Positions 50,282-61,547 of a stretch of DNA of 64,000 nucleotides are shown here, one piece after another. The notes under the pieces are model-generated. The model searched no databases and had not been told where the DNA came from. It worked only from the letters and a program-made list of their open reading frames with translations. Every line of letters begins with the position of its first letter. Positions within the stretch are counted from its first letter, which is position 1. The stretch spans positions 868,001 through 932,000 of the forward strand of contig NW_026250404.1 of assembly GCF_024521635.1 (NCBI RefSeq), in the 5' to 3' direction. Source of the stretch: Tricharina praecox. Its lineage: Eukaryota. Position numbers and translations under genes: made by a program.

Positions 50282-51796
50282 GCTCGCAAAAACAACACTT
50301 CACGGAGAGCCAACTTCCACCTGTTTTAAAACAAGAGCAGCAATACGTGGGGCGGATCAAAAACCATTTTCCATCCCTTTGAATTCTGGGCCTACGAGTG
50401 ACAGCTTGTGAAGGCGATGTGACCGGCTGTGTCAGCACCACTTTTAAAAGACGACAGGCAGACGGCCTGAATACTCAATCTGCGCTCACAGCACTTCCTA
50501 CAGCAAGTTAGGATACATACACTGCAGTTCCCCAAATTCGAAGCGCAAAATTCGCACCACCAAACAATATTGACGCAGGAAAAAAAAAGCGCACTCGTTT
50601 ACAACATACGGTAGTGAGGTGGTGGGGCTAGCTCAAAGTAACAGTCCCAACCTCAGGCCGGCCGAAATGGGATTTTCACAATCGGCAAGTGCAGATTTAA
50701 CCGTCTTTCGCCCGAGGCTTCCGGGAATGTCGACTCGCGTCGATGCCTGGCCACCACAGACATCCGGGGTTTCCCCAGTGACTAGTGGTCGACATGTTTC
50801 TCCGATACGGCTGCGGAATTCCATCTCTACACGGATGATCATTGTCATACCGAGATGTACTCTACACAGCTGATTCTGCTCACGAAATCGGTGTTGCAAT
50901 GCTGCGCGCCGCAGATTTTTGGTACTCTGCTGCACTGTTGGTGATGTCATCCATACGGGCTTTATGAAGGAACACTCGACATCACCACTACGCGCGGCTC
51001 GCATCTCCCGTCAAGCCACAACATGTCTAACGGAGCAGTGCATAACATTGGAATCGACGTTGTGCTGAGGGTGAAACACATGCTTTCCAACCGGGCTGGG
51101 ATGGAAACATCTGCATGCTGATGTTCGGTAATGGAGATTTTCGCTTAAAGATACACAGCTGCAGGAAAAAAACTCCCGAATAACAGCCCTGCACCCACGG
51201 CACTGGAATCCACACCCGCCCGTGTCTGGTATGTGAGTGAATCATCAAACACGCGTGTCTGGTATGCAATTGAATCATCGAACAGATGAATGCCTCATGC
51301 ATCGCACCACCAGACATGGAAAACCGTCCGATGTGGAGTGGGGAGGAGGATGATAGCTCGGATATGAGTGAAGATTCCGACGACGACGGGTATCACATCG
51401 ATTTATCTCTCCGGCCGTCGTGGGTGTCTCGGAACCATCACCGGCAGTTAGGGGAACTGGCTCGCCTTGTGTCGCGTCGGTGAAAACCAGGAAACGGGCG
51501 GCCGCTGGCCAGCAACCGAATGCGCGCTCAGCGATGAACCTGGGTAGTGGGAGCTTGGAAGTTGGAAATTCGCGGGATATAAATATCGCCAGTTATCTAT
51601 CTATAATCTGCCATCTGGCATCTGCCTTTGCTACGGTGCTTCCGCTGCGCCATCGGGAATGAGCAAGCGCACCCCCGTCGGGATCTCCCCTGGAGACTCA
51701 TCTCCCGGCAATATGCATCTGCGGGACAACCCGAACAATCTGGGAAAAGGCATGCAAGTTGCTGCTCCATGTGACGGATGTGACTAAGGGAGGGGG

Positions 51797-51866
51797 AGAA
51801 GGATGAAGAGAAGGATGAAGAGAAGGATGAAGAGAAGGACGAAGAGAAGGATGAGGAGGAGGAGGA
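51797..51866. repeat. 12-bp purine-rich minisatellite (GAAGGATGAAGA)n
   Basis: About five near-perfect copies. Confidence 0.85.
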
Positions 51867-53393
51867 ATCGTTCTTGCCATGTCCAAAGACGGCGTCGTCT
51901 ACCGGTATTCTGGAGGCGTGTGACTATAACTAGTATCTATCGACTGCGGATGATTCTCGTCGATTGGATCGCATCGGAGTTGAGAAGTCCGCAGAAGGGA
52001 ATCCATTCGGATCTACTCTACCTCGGGACATGCATCGCTCACGTCGAGAACACAGTACTAGTTACTAATAGGTACTCTGCATTCACGAGAACACTGCACG
52101 GTCGAAGGACTTCCATTACTCTGCATTCACGACTCACGAGACCGTTTTTCGCCAGAGACTCTGCACCCTCGGGGCTTTCGATGACCTTCGGTTTGCAACA
52201 CCCCACACGCTCACTGAGACACTCTTTCGCTTCGATGGGGGCTGGACGCTCCGCATCCAACCAAAAACCAACGGGGGGACCTCCCAAACTGCAAACCAAC
52301 CGAACAGAGACACCCCCAAACAAACGGTTGGCAATTTCGCGACACGGATTCCGCTCAGGAGCACCCCACGACTTTCATTGCCACCTATCCCGCGAAGGTG
52401 AAGTGCTAATTAACTACTATATCGATATTCGGCAATGTCTTTTCGACGCAATCCTTCGTTCCCATTTACATACCTTTGAATTCGACGGCCCTTCATCAAG
52501 CCCGAACCGAAGACGGCGGGTCCTGCAAGCCTATCCCGTCTGCACTTGGCAGGCTCTGTTGGTGTACAATCTTATTCGCAGCAAGGGACCAACTCGATTA
52601 GCACCGCTTCCCGTTCCCCTGGTTCTGTGCGTGCCCCAATCATCCGCGCCAGTGCTGGGCCAGGCCTAGTTGCGTGTGGCGAAGGCAGGGAAAAGCTTGG
52701 GCCAGTAGAGCAGAGTAACCCCAATTCCTTGTAACTAACTGTCATATAACAAGTGCCGACTCCCTTCCTCACATGCTGTGCGTGTGTGTGTGCTGTGTAT
52801 GCCGTGCATCGCCTCATACCGAAAACTTTCAACTCACTCACTCATTCACCCACGGACCGACTCGCAGACTGACAGACAGACGGGCAGGCTGAGAGCTGCA
52901 CAGCTGTGAGAGATCGCACATTCCTTTTCACAAACAAACAATCAACACCCACCCCCCGACTTAGTACATACATATCTACATACCTTACACACGCGATTGG
53001 CATAGTCCAAGCATCTTCACCAGCTTCATCATCGGAATGAATTGAGAAGGGAGCGTCCACAGCTCGTTCTCGCGTCTATATACATACCGCAGTCAGTCAT
53101 TCGTTATCGATCCGGCATTCGTTGGTTCGGTCACTCGCTCGTTCGATACGCTGGAGGGCCTTCAGAAAAAACTTGGTTCACGTTCTCTTCGATATCGGTG
53201 CTCACTTCGCGGCAACTTCAATCCTTTCAGACATCTATTCCGCCGCGGACCGAAGCTACAACCACCACCACCCATGCCTGCCACCGGCATGGTGTACCTC
53301 CACCAACCTTCTCCTCCGCCTCCTCCTAATCCTAATCCTAATCCTCCTCTTCCTCTTCCTCCGCCCCTCCCTCCTCAAACCTCAGCATTCTCG

Positions 53394-55644
53394 ATGTCAT
53401 CCTCCGAAGCGGGCAGACTGAACCGGTCGTCGTTTCTAAGACGCCTGTTCAGTCGGGGCAGGCTACGGGCGTCAAGCGGCCCTCATTCGGGGGCCGCTGG
53501 GGAGACATACGATGACGACGATGCGGATACAATGGTGATGATGCCATCACCGCACGTAAGTGAACATCATCCGAATCGCCATCGCTCCCGGCCGTGGCTA
53601 AAAATATATGTCCTCAGACACATCCACTCCTTTCCAAACCGTACGCGCGGGATGAATTTCAACTACGACGGCGGCGGCCCAGAGCTCCAAAATCCGCCTT
53701 TACCGGCCTGGACAGCTCAACAGCGCGCAAACTCTCGATCCCGAAGCTCACTGGCGGGTTCGAATACTCGGGCAGCTCGTTCTCCATCAACCTCACCGCA
53801 CAAGGAGATATGTACCGACGGAGTCTTCGGGAACGGGAAATCGCGGCGATGGCTGCAGCCACGGATCGTAGATATGTACAGGAGTGGGGCTTCTTCATCA
53901 AATGCTATTCGGAAGGCCGATTCAACTTGTCGAATCCACCCGATCCTCCGCCCCGCCGGCCAGAATTCAATCATCTCATTGCACCGCTGCCCCCGAACGA
54001 GCGACAAAGACTAAAGGTAGGTGTTCTTTCCGTTCGCCCGTGCTTCCGGGCCGTGAGGATGACTGTGTGGCTGATCAACGAAAGGCTGTTAGAGCGTGTA
54101 ATATTACTTTATCCGCGGCGGCACACGAAAAATGCCATCGACTGGTCCTGCTCGCCCGGAAGGTGTTTCAGACGCGGATGGCTTGCATTAGTCTGATCGA
54201 TGAGAGCCTGGAAATCATCAAGGCGGAACATTCGTTCGGCCGAAAATACCTCTCTCGCGGAGACAGTATCGCGACGCATGTCTTGCTGACTAACGAGCCG
54301 ATGGTTGTGTTGGACACCGTGAAGGACTGGCGGTTTCGCGGAAGCCCGTTAACGCAGGATGCACCACACTTACGATTCTACGCTGGCGCTCCTATCACCA
54401 ACTTTGATGGCCAAACAATCGGAGTATTCGCAGTCTTTGATACGCAACCGCGATCCGCATTTCCCGCCGCTTCCCGCAGGAATCTCATGGATTTTGCACG
54501 GCTGGCTATGACCGAGTTCGAAATGGTGATGGAGGAACACGATGTGATGAAGCAGCACATGCCCACCAAGATCGTGGGGCAGACGAAAGTGGCCGACAGC
54601 GATACGGACTCCATTGCTTCTCGTAGGGGAAGGCTCTCGGCGAAACTACTCAAGGGGATCGAGGAGAACGCGGAGAAGATGCCGCCTGTCAGTCCTATCC
54701 TTGCGGGCGAGGCTTCGGAAGTAATCCTGGATTCGCCAACGGTTCCGACCATGCCTCAGGACAGCTTCGTTGCCAGGCCCAGAGAAGCAAGTCAGGGAAG
54801 CCTTGTCCTTCCGCCTCCGGAATCACCAACATGGTTTTCGGACGAGGAGCCACGCCAATACAAGGTGATGGACAATCCCCCTCCTCGAACTTCCAGCCGT
54901 GCACCTCCACCGCCTCATGTCGGTGTGGCGCCCTCATCGACAGGATACGCAAACGCAACCCCGATAACGCCTCGCTACAAGCAGCACCGGCCACTTCCAA
55001 TAGTTCCCGCCCCGCACCTCCCCAATGCACGTCACCTCATCTCGCCCGCACCTTCAACCCCGTCAACACCCCGTATTCCAACATCGCCTGGCTCGATAAC
55101 GTCGATGGTGGAAGCTACTTACGCCACCTCCCTCATCGCCCGCTCACTCGATTACGACTTTGTGTACCTGCTCCGGGTCAGTTCCTGCGCGGCCGAGTAT
55201 TCGCCGCTGGTCCCGATCGAACCGTACCGCGAGAAGACCGCCATCTCGACACGAGTCCTAGTAGCCCATGGCCTGCCCTCTCCGCCGCCCATCTTCGATG
55301 CCGGCCTGCACCTGCGCGCTCTCCGGACCGTTGGCGGGCTAATATTCCAGAATCCAGCTCAGGAAGATAGTGGAGAGGACGACGTGGGGTACCAGCTTGG
55401 AATATTATTACCGCTCGCGAGGGACTGCGGTGATGGCGTCGGTGGCAGCGATGAGGGCTATTACTCCCCCGGAGCCACCGAGAACTGCGTCGGCGGTATC
55501 GTGCTCGCCGCCTTCGCACGGAAGGCGAGCATACAACCGGCGTTCCGCGCTGATGAAGTCCGGTTTTTGCGGGAGTTTGGCGAGGCCATGCGGGATATCC
55601 TCGTCAAGGCGGATCGGAGTCTCAAGATGGGTTCGCGAGTGTAG
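53394..55644 (+). CDS. GAF-domain protein without kinase or receiver domain
   Basis: Introns 53556-53617 and 54017-54084; PPNERQRLKAV..RLVLLARKVFQTRMACISLID..VVLDTVKDWRFRGSPL..LRFYAGAPI..IGVFAVFDTQPR is a GAF signature; alternative in-frame start at 53274. Confidence 0.85.
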
Positions 55645-56924
55645 TGGGGTGGGGGGTGCGGGGGGGCATGGCGGTAGATGTTGGGAGGTTCTTTGTGATG
55701 ATATGGCGCACAATGGGTGATCTTTTTCTTGTCTTTCTTTCCCTTTCTTTCTTTCTTTCCCTTTTTTTTCTTATACTTTCTCCTCTTTATGGTGTTTGGG
55801 TGTGGGGTTAAACGTTGGGGGCTTTTGCGAGCCGTTCTTTTGGGTGTTTTTTTCTTTCTTCTTTTCTTTTTCGCTTTTTCTTTTTCTTTTTCGCCTTTGA
55901 TCTTGGGAAACTTTCTCCTGAGATTTGTTTTGCCTGCCTACCTGCCTGGCCCCGTGGAAGTTGGAACCATACACGATCATTACTACACTACCTACATACA
56001 CCTAAGTACATACCAAAACTAAAAGCATTGGGATCCACTATATATATCAGTAACGATGGAGAGTGAAAGTGGGCATATATGCGGTGCTCTGGCAAACCTC
56101 AATTGTATGTACATACAAACAATGACGACCCAACTACAACACTCCCGGATGATGAGATAAGACTGGCTACCGTAATGGCGTTGGAAGTTCCAGCACGAGT
56201 ATTGCAGCGGCCCTCCCGCCGAAGTTCCCATCGATTCGGGAACCACAATACCACGGAACCACCTTCGTTCCTGCACAAATCTTCAGCACCTCACCTCAAG
56301 AACGCCCGCAGCCACAAGAAGAGCTGTAATAGTAATGTATCACGTCACGGAGCAACGAGGGCACTAAAAGGTGGCACCAGCAAGTTCCGTACGAGATCAC
56401 AACGGCGCACTCGTCATGAGTCAAAGTCACGGCACTCTGTGAGAGGTGAGACTGTGAGGGGACTTCCGAATCCGAACGGCCCGGCTCAAATTTCCAACGC
56501 TCTGCTACTACCGGTAGGTAAGATAGGTAGGTATATAGGTATTCTTATGTACGGGTACGAGTACGGGTAGGATACAGGTACACCACCGGTGATGTCCTAC
56601 GGCACGAAACTTGTCCTGAATCGTGACGCCCCCCCCCCGCCCGCGCTATTCCGGCTGTCCCCGCACCCGCTGTCCCGGATGTACATTGTATAGTAGGTAC
56701 TGGTATTCTACCTGGAATTGACCTTTGGAAATGGTGTATGGAATATCGTGATATCCCCAGGCCATAGCGAGAGTCTATGATACCCATCAGACTCCATGTG
56801 GAGTACACACCTACATACAACCAGCGATTGTGGTTGCGGTTCACACTTCACAGAGCGCCATTCCACCGATGCTGTCTGCTGCCCCAATGCTCACCCGCCT
56901 ATGCACCAAACATCCGATTCCCGC

Positions 56925-56995
56925 AGTCCCAGTCCCAGTGCCCAGTGCCCAGTGCCCAGTGCCCAGTCCTGCCGAGTCCTGCCCAGTCCTGCCCG
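56925..56995. repeat. Low-complexity (CCCAGTG)n / (CCTGCCCAGT)n tandem repeats
   Basis: Heptamer run merging into decamer-like repeats. Confidence 0.75.
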
Positions 56996-58844
56996 AATAT
57001 CTATTTACATCATCACCCCCACACACACACATCCACCTACATGCCTAAGTACGTGCGCACACAAGCACCCACATACACATAACACACACATACATGCCTT
57101 GTACCCACACATGCACATAAACATATCCACCCACAAGCCCGGTTCCGCCCCGCCCCGCCCTGCCCCACCGCTCCCCGACCTCGGCAGCCGCTGCCGCAGA
57201 TCGATGAAACAGTCCAGATCTACAGAGCTCGCGCGCTGCCAGGCGTATGCAGCCGTTCGCAGCGCTGCCCGCTGCGGCGCTGCCCATCAGTCTCCACTCT
57301 CCAGAGCCTCCGCTCCGCTTTACCCGCGCTCGTCCTCCTCCCCCGTCCCCCTCCCCCCGCCCCAATTCCCCCCGCATCCCCCCTCCAAAAAATAGTCTCT
57401 GCCAGCCTTACCCAACTCCCGCCATCCCCCGACGTCGATGGCCGATGTCGATGTCGATGGCCCATGTATGACGCCGTAGCATCTGCACCCCGCGTTTTCT
57501 TCAAGCGAGTGCAGATGGCACATCTACCATCTACCGGTACCGGTACCCAACTGTCACATATTTACATGGTAGATGTATAGAGTAGGTGTTATCGCGGTTT
57601 CGTTTCTTTTCGTTTATCGCTCAGCCCAGCGGGTACGGACTCCGACTCTGACTCTGACTCCGTCATCTCCCGAGGGAATTTTCTTCACATGGTAAATTAC
57701 TCCATAGTAAAGCAAACGATCTTCCTCCCCCTCCCCCCCCTCCCGCCTATCCGTAGTCGTTTCCGCCGTTCCGTTCCGCATTCCGGCTCGGGCATGAGTT
57801 CATCACCCACACACTCACCCACCCACACATGCACATGCACACGTAGTTACGGCTGAGGAGAGACAAGGGGACAGAGAGAGACAATAGGCACACGACACAT
57901 GTCAAGTTCAAGTTCAAAAGTTCAATATTTCCCTATTCTGCCCAGTCATACGGTACCGTACTAGAGTACCTGGGCAATACCCAGATTGCTCGATAGCTAT
58001 CCAATGCTCACCACCACCACCACCACCGCCGCCGCCGATGCAAAATTCTGTCCCGTCCAGTCCAGTCCAGTCCAGTCCAGTCCGATCCAGTCCCCGATCC
58101 AGTGACCCAACAAAAGAAAAAGAGTAAGAAAAAGAACAAAACAGCAAAACAAAACAGCAAAAAGCAGCCGGCCCCGCTATACTAGCAAAAGCGATCACTG
58201 TCTCTATGGTATGCATAGTAGAGTAGTATGTAGTATCATACTCACAACTCAATCTCAATCTCATCCCTTCCCTTTCCGATCCTTCCCATCCCATCCTGTT
58301 CTGTCCAGTCCAGTCCAATCCAATCCAATCCGTTCTCATCCCAAAAGTGCCGAGCTCGTGCTCTCCGCCCCATCTCAAACCTAGCCAAAACATTGTACAA
58401 GAAAAAACTCGAAGCAAAATAATGAGATACGTAAAGAAGCACAACAAAAGAAATTAAACAGAGTAGAAAAAGATATTCTTAGGGAAATGAAACCTTGCTC
58501 CCATCTGAAAGAGGAAAAAAAACACACACGAAGGTAGCAGAACCTGGAAAGAAAAGCAAAAACAATATGTATCTGGTAATCTGGTAGTAGGCGCGTTCGA
58601 ATTCGCAAAGGACAACAAAAAAAACACCCAAACCCCTTCGTAAAAGTCCCATCGCTCCGCTCAATGCAAAGGAAATGAAAACACAATATGGAAAGAAAAA
58701 TAAAGAGAAGAAAGAAAAAAACAGGCAGACGATGAAGATCTCAGAGTAAGGACCACTCCTGAAGACCATCTAGACGTGCCCACTCAGTCGTCAGGACCAC
58801 TCTATCAAAGTAAGAGTAGTAGCAAGTAGTAGCAGCGCGGACGG

Positions 58845-61547
58845 CTACCACAGACCTCCTTTACCGCGCTCTCCGGCCTGGAAGTCGGGATTCTCCTGAA
58901 CCCACTTCTCACAGTACACCGTCAGCGCCGCCTTGCGATCCCGCTTGACCTCGGCAACGTCCACTCCCGTGTAGGCTGCAAGTTCCGGATCAAACTTGCC
59001 CGCAACGTTCTCAAACTGGAGGCTTAGGTATCGGTACACTTCGTCCACGAAGCTGGGTGTGACCTCCTTAGCCGTGTTCTCTCTCCTCTTTGCCGGCGGC
59101 AGCGACGCGACGGTGTACCCGGGTGAGGGACCCCCAGGGCGGTGCCACATCCGTGCTGGTGCGGTAAGGGGTCCATTTGTGAGGGTGGTTCGCGTGCTCG
59201 ACATTGTCGATAGAGCTGGCGAATCTGTTGGTGATGAGAGGTTTGGGCTAGTTTGGTAGGCTACGGCGAGGCCGGCGGGCTGCCACATTCCCTCGACATT
59301 GGGCGCTTGTCGCTCTCGGTAGAACCTCTCGTCGTGATCGTCCAGGAGCTCGAAGTCGGGAATAGGTGCTCGGCGCTTGAACGCTTCGAATCGGGGCGAG
59401 GAGCAGATCGGGTAGTCGTCGTTGTCTTCTTCGTCTTCGTAGTCGATGGAGCTGGATCGCCTCGGCTGTGTCTTAATAGCTGGTTCTGTCTCAATCGCCC
59501 GCAGCTTCGGTCGGATGGTTTCGGATGACTCGCTCCTTATTCCCAGGCCAGTGCGTCGGGTTGCACAGGCGTCGTTATATGTCGCATCATCGGTATCCAC
59601 GTCCTCGGTTATAGGGAAAGGGTACTCAGGCCCCTCTTTCGCCCTATCCTCCGCCTGTATTTTTTCTTGCTTCAATTTCCGTTCCAGCGTCAACACGTAG
59701 CCTGAGAATCCGTCGTCGGGAGATTCGCGGCGCCCCTGAGAGCCGAGGATTTTCGATGACTTTACAGGGACATCCCAGGCCATGCTTGTCGCGGAGGATG
59801 TCGGTGAAGAGCTCAGGCTCGGGCATTTAGAGACAGTGGTGCTAGCATCTGGGCTCTCAACTGGACTTGTGGGAGTCGAGTCTATCGGCTCCTCCAAATG
59901 CCATACGTGATCCGCGGCGGGCGCTGCGAATTTCACTTTCGGTCGGTTCCTGTCTCGTGTGAAGTGATATTGGCCAGGCGACGTGGGCCTGCCCGAGGAG
60001 GCGTCCCTGCGTAATCCCGGTGCCCTACTCGTCCATCGCGACACGGAAACTGGCTGGGGGAGCTCCAAATGCATTTCGGCGTGAGGAACTCTCGACAGAG
60101 AGGATCGCATCGAGCTTTCTACGAGTTGGGGTATCAGAGGACGGACATTTATGGGTCGATGCGCTCGTCGCGTAGACTCGATCGGCTGCGGCAGGGCATC
60201 GGGGCCAAAGAACGACGTGGTAGGTGTCGGGGGGTCGTCTTTCTGAATTGGTGTTGGGTCCGGGCGATTAGACCTCCTTGTAACCTCAATCGGCGACGGT
60301 AGGTCCCCCTTCTTCTTTTCCGTGGGGGTAGGGCGATTGGAGCGCCGCGTCGACTCTACCGGCTCGGGAAGGGGCTCCTTGGCCGGACGGTTCGACCGTT
60401 TGCTGGATTCTATAGGTTGTGGGAGAATCGCCGTTTTCGTTTCCGGGACACGGTTGGACCGACGGGATGATTCGATGGGCTCTGGCAGGATTTCCTGAGC
60501 GGGCCGGTAGGATTTCCTGAGCGACTCGATCGGCTGGGGAAGGAGCTCTTTAGCCTCTGACGATCGGTTGGACCTTCGACTCGACTCGATCGGCTGCGGA
60601 AGCAAACTGGTCTTGACAGTCAAACCAGAGGCGCGTGACTCTCCGCCCACCGGAACGTCGCCATCCTGATCATCCACGGATTGCATCTTGTTCAGAGGAC
60701 TCTTCCGATGCGTTCGCCGGGACGATTCCACCGGTTGTGGCAGTCCCATCCATAGTGTTTCTTCTTCCTCGGACTTCAGCTTCTTTGGAATGGGCACAGG
60801 TCGCCTGTTGCTTCTCTTCACGGTCTCTATGGGTTGAGGCAGGAACGGCTTGTTCGGAGCATAGCTCCCCTCGTCGTCGCTAGGCATGTGCGGTCGGTGA
60901 ATGGCATTGGGCCGGTTGTCTTCGGTTTGCAGGAGCGGCGTGTACACCTTCTTGCGTGGCCGGAGTCGGGATTCGATCGGTTGGGGTAGAGGTATCGACG
61001 AGCCGTCGCTCCGTTTCGGTTGCTTGTCTGTCGCGTTTGGCTTCTTCCTGGTAGCCCACTCCTCCAACCGCCTCTCCCTGGCTCTTGCTTCCTCCTCCTT
61101 CGTTCGCTTCGCTTCCGTCGCCTTTGGGCCTGTCGCCGAGCTGGCCTGGCTGGGGATCTCCTCGGGCTTCCGTACCAGCTTGCTTCGCAAGGACCTCTGT
61201 ACCGCTGGTGGCGTAGGCTCGGGCAAGGAGAATCCGGTGACGGAACCGAGCCACATGATCTCATCCCCGCTTCTCTTCTTTGGCTGAAAGAGACCTGTAG
61301 GCGTCGGTTTATCCTCCGAGAGGCTGTTGTTTCGCGTCCACGTTCCAGCCGTTGGTATCTTTGGTGGCGATCGCGGGCGATGCGTGGGAGCTTTCGACCG
61401 CCGAGGAAGCTCTACATTCGGGGGTTGCCAGATGGTGACTGGAGGTGGTTTCGCCGGCTGCTCGAAGAACGGCGAGAAGTATTGTGGCGCTTCGTTGGGA
61501 ATCTGCTGCCGCGGCGTAGCATTCTGAAATGGATGGAGGCCCGGCAT
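58845..61547 (-). CDS. Uncharacterised 900-aa largely disordered protein with ~12 LPQPIESSRRSNR-like repeats and a short helical C-terminal domain
   Basis: Single intronless 900-codon ORF; peptide repeats conserved with synonymous codon divergence; long U-rich putative 3' UTR downstream. Confidence 0.85.
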   Translation of the reverse strand: MPGLHPFQNATPRQQIPNEAPQYFSPFFEQPAKPPPVTIWQPPNVELPRRSKAPTHRPRSPPKIPTAGTWTRNNSLSEDKPTPTGLFQPKKRSGDEIMWLGSVTGFSLPEPTPPAVQRSLRSKLVRKPEEIPSQASSATGPKATEAKRTKEEEARARERRLEEWATRKKPNATDKQPKRSDGSSIPLPQPIESRLRPRKKVYTPLLQTEDNRPNAIHRPHMPSDDEGSYAPNKPFLPQPIETVKRSNRRPVPIPKKLKSEEEETLWMGLPQPVESSRRTHRKSPLNKMQSVDDQDGDVPVGGESRASGLTVKTSLLPQPIESSRRSNRSSEAKELLPQPIESLRKSYRPAQEILPEPIESSRRSNRVPETKTAILPQPIESSKRSNRPAKEPLPEPVESTRRSNRPTPTEKKKGDLPSPIEVTRRSNRPDPTPIQKDDPPTPTTSFFGPDALPQPIESTRRAHRPINVRPLIPQLVESSMRSSLSRVPHAEMHLELPQPVSVSRWTSRAPGLRRDASSGRPTSPGQYHFTRDRNRPKVKFAAPAADHVWHLEEPIDSTPTSPVESPDASTTVSKCPSLSSSPTSSATSMAWDVPVKSSKILGSQGRRESPDDGFSGYVLTLERKLKQEKIQAEDRAKEGPEYPFPITEDVDTDDATYNDACATRRTGLGIRSESSETIRPKLRAIETEPAIKTQPRRSSSIDYEDEEDNDDYPICSSPRFEAFKRRAPIPDFELLDDHDERFYRERQAPNVEGMWQPAGLAVAYQTSPNLSSPTDSPALSTMSSTRTTLTNGPLTAPARMWHRPGGPSPGYTVASLPPAKRRENTAKEVTPSFVDEVYRYLSLQFENVAGKFDPELAAYTGVDVAEVKRDRKAALTVYCEKWVQENPDFQAGERGKGGLW

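Noticed and set aside
51803..52669. 288-aa ORF starting MKRRMKRR
   Set aside because: N-terminus is a translated minisatellite and the rest lacks coding character
55717..58770. Phe-rich hydrophobic ORFs (55717..56022, 58381..58686, 58479..58769)
   Set aside because: Translations of T-rich 3' UTR-like tracts of the two convergent genes
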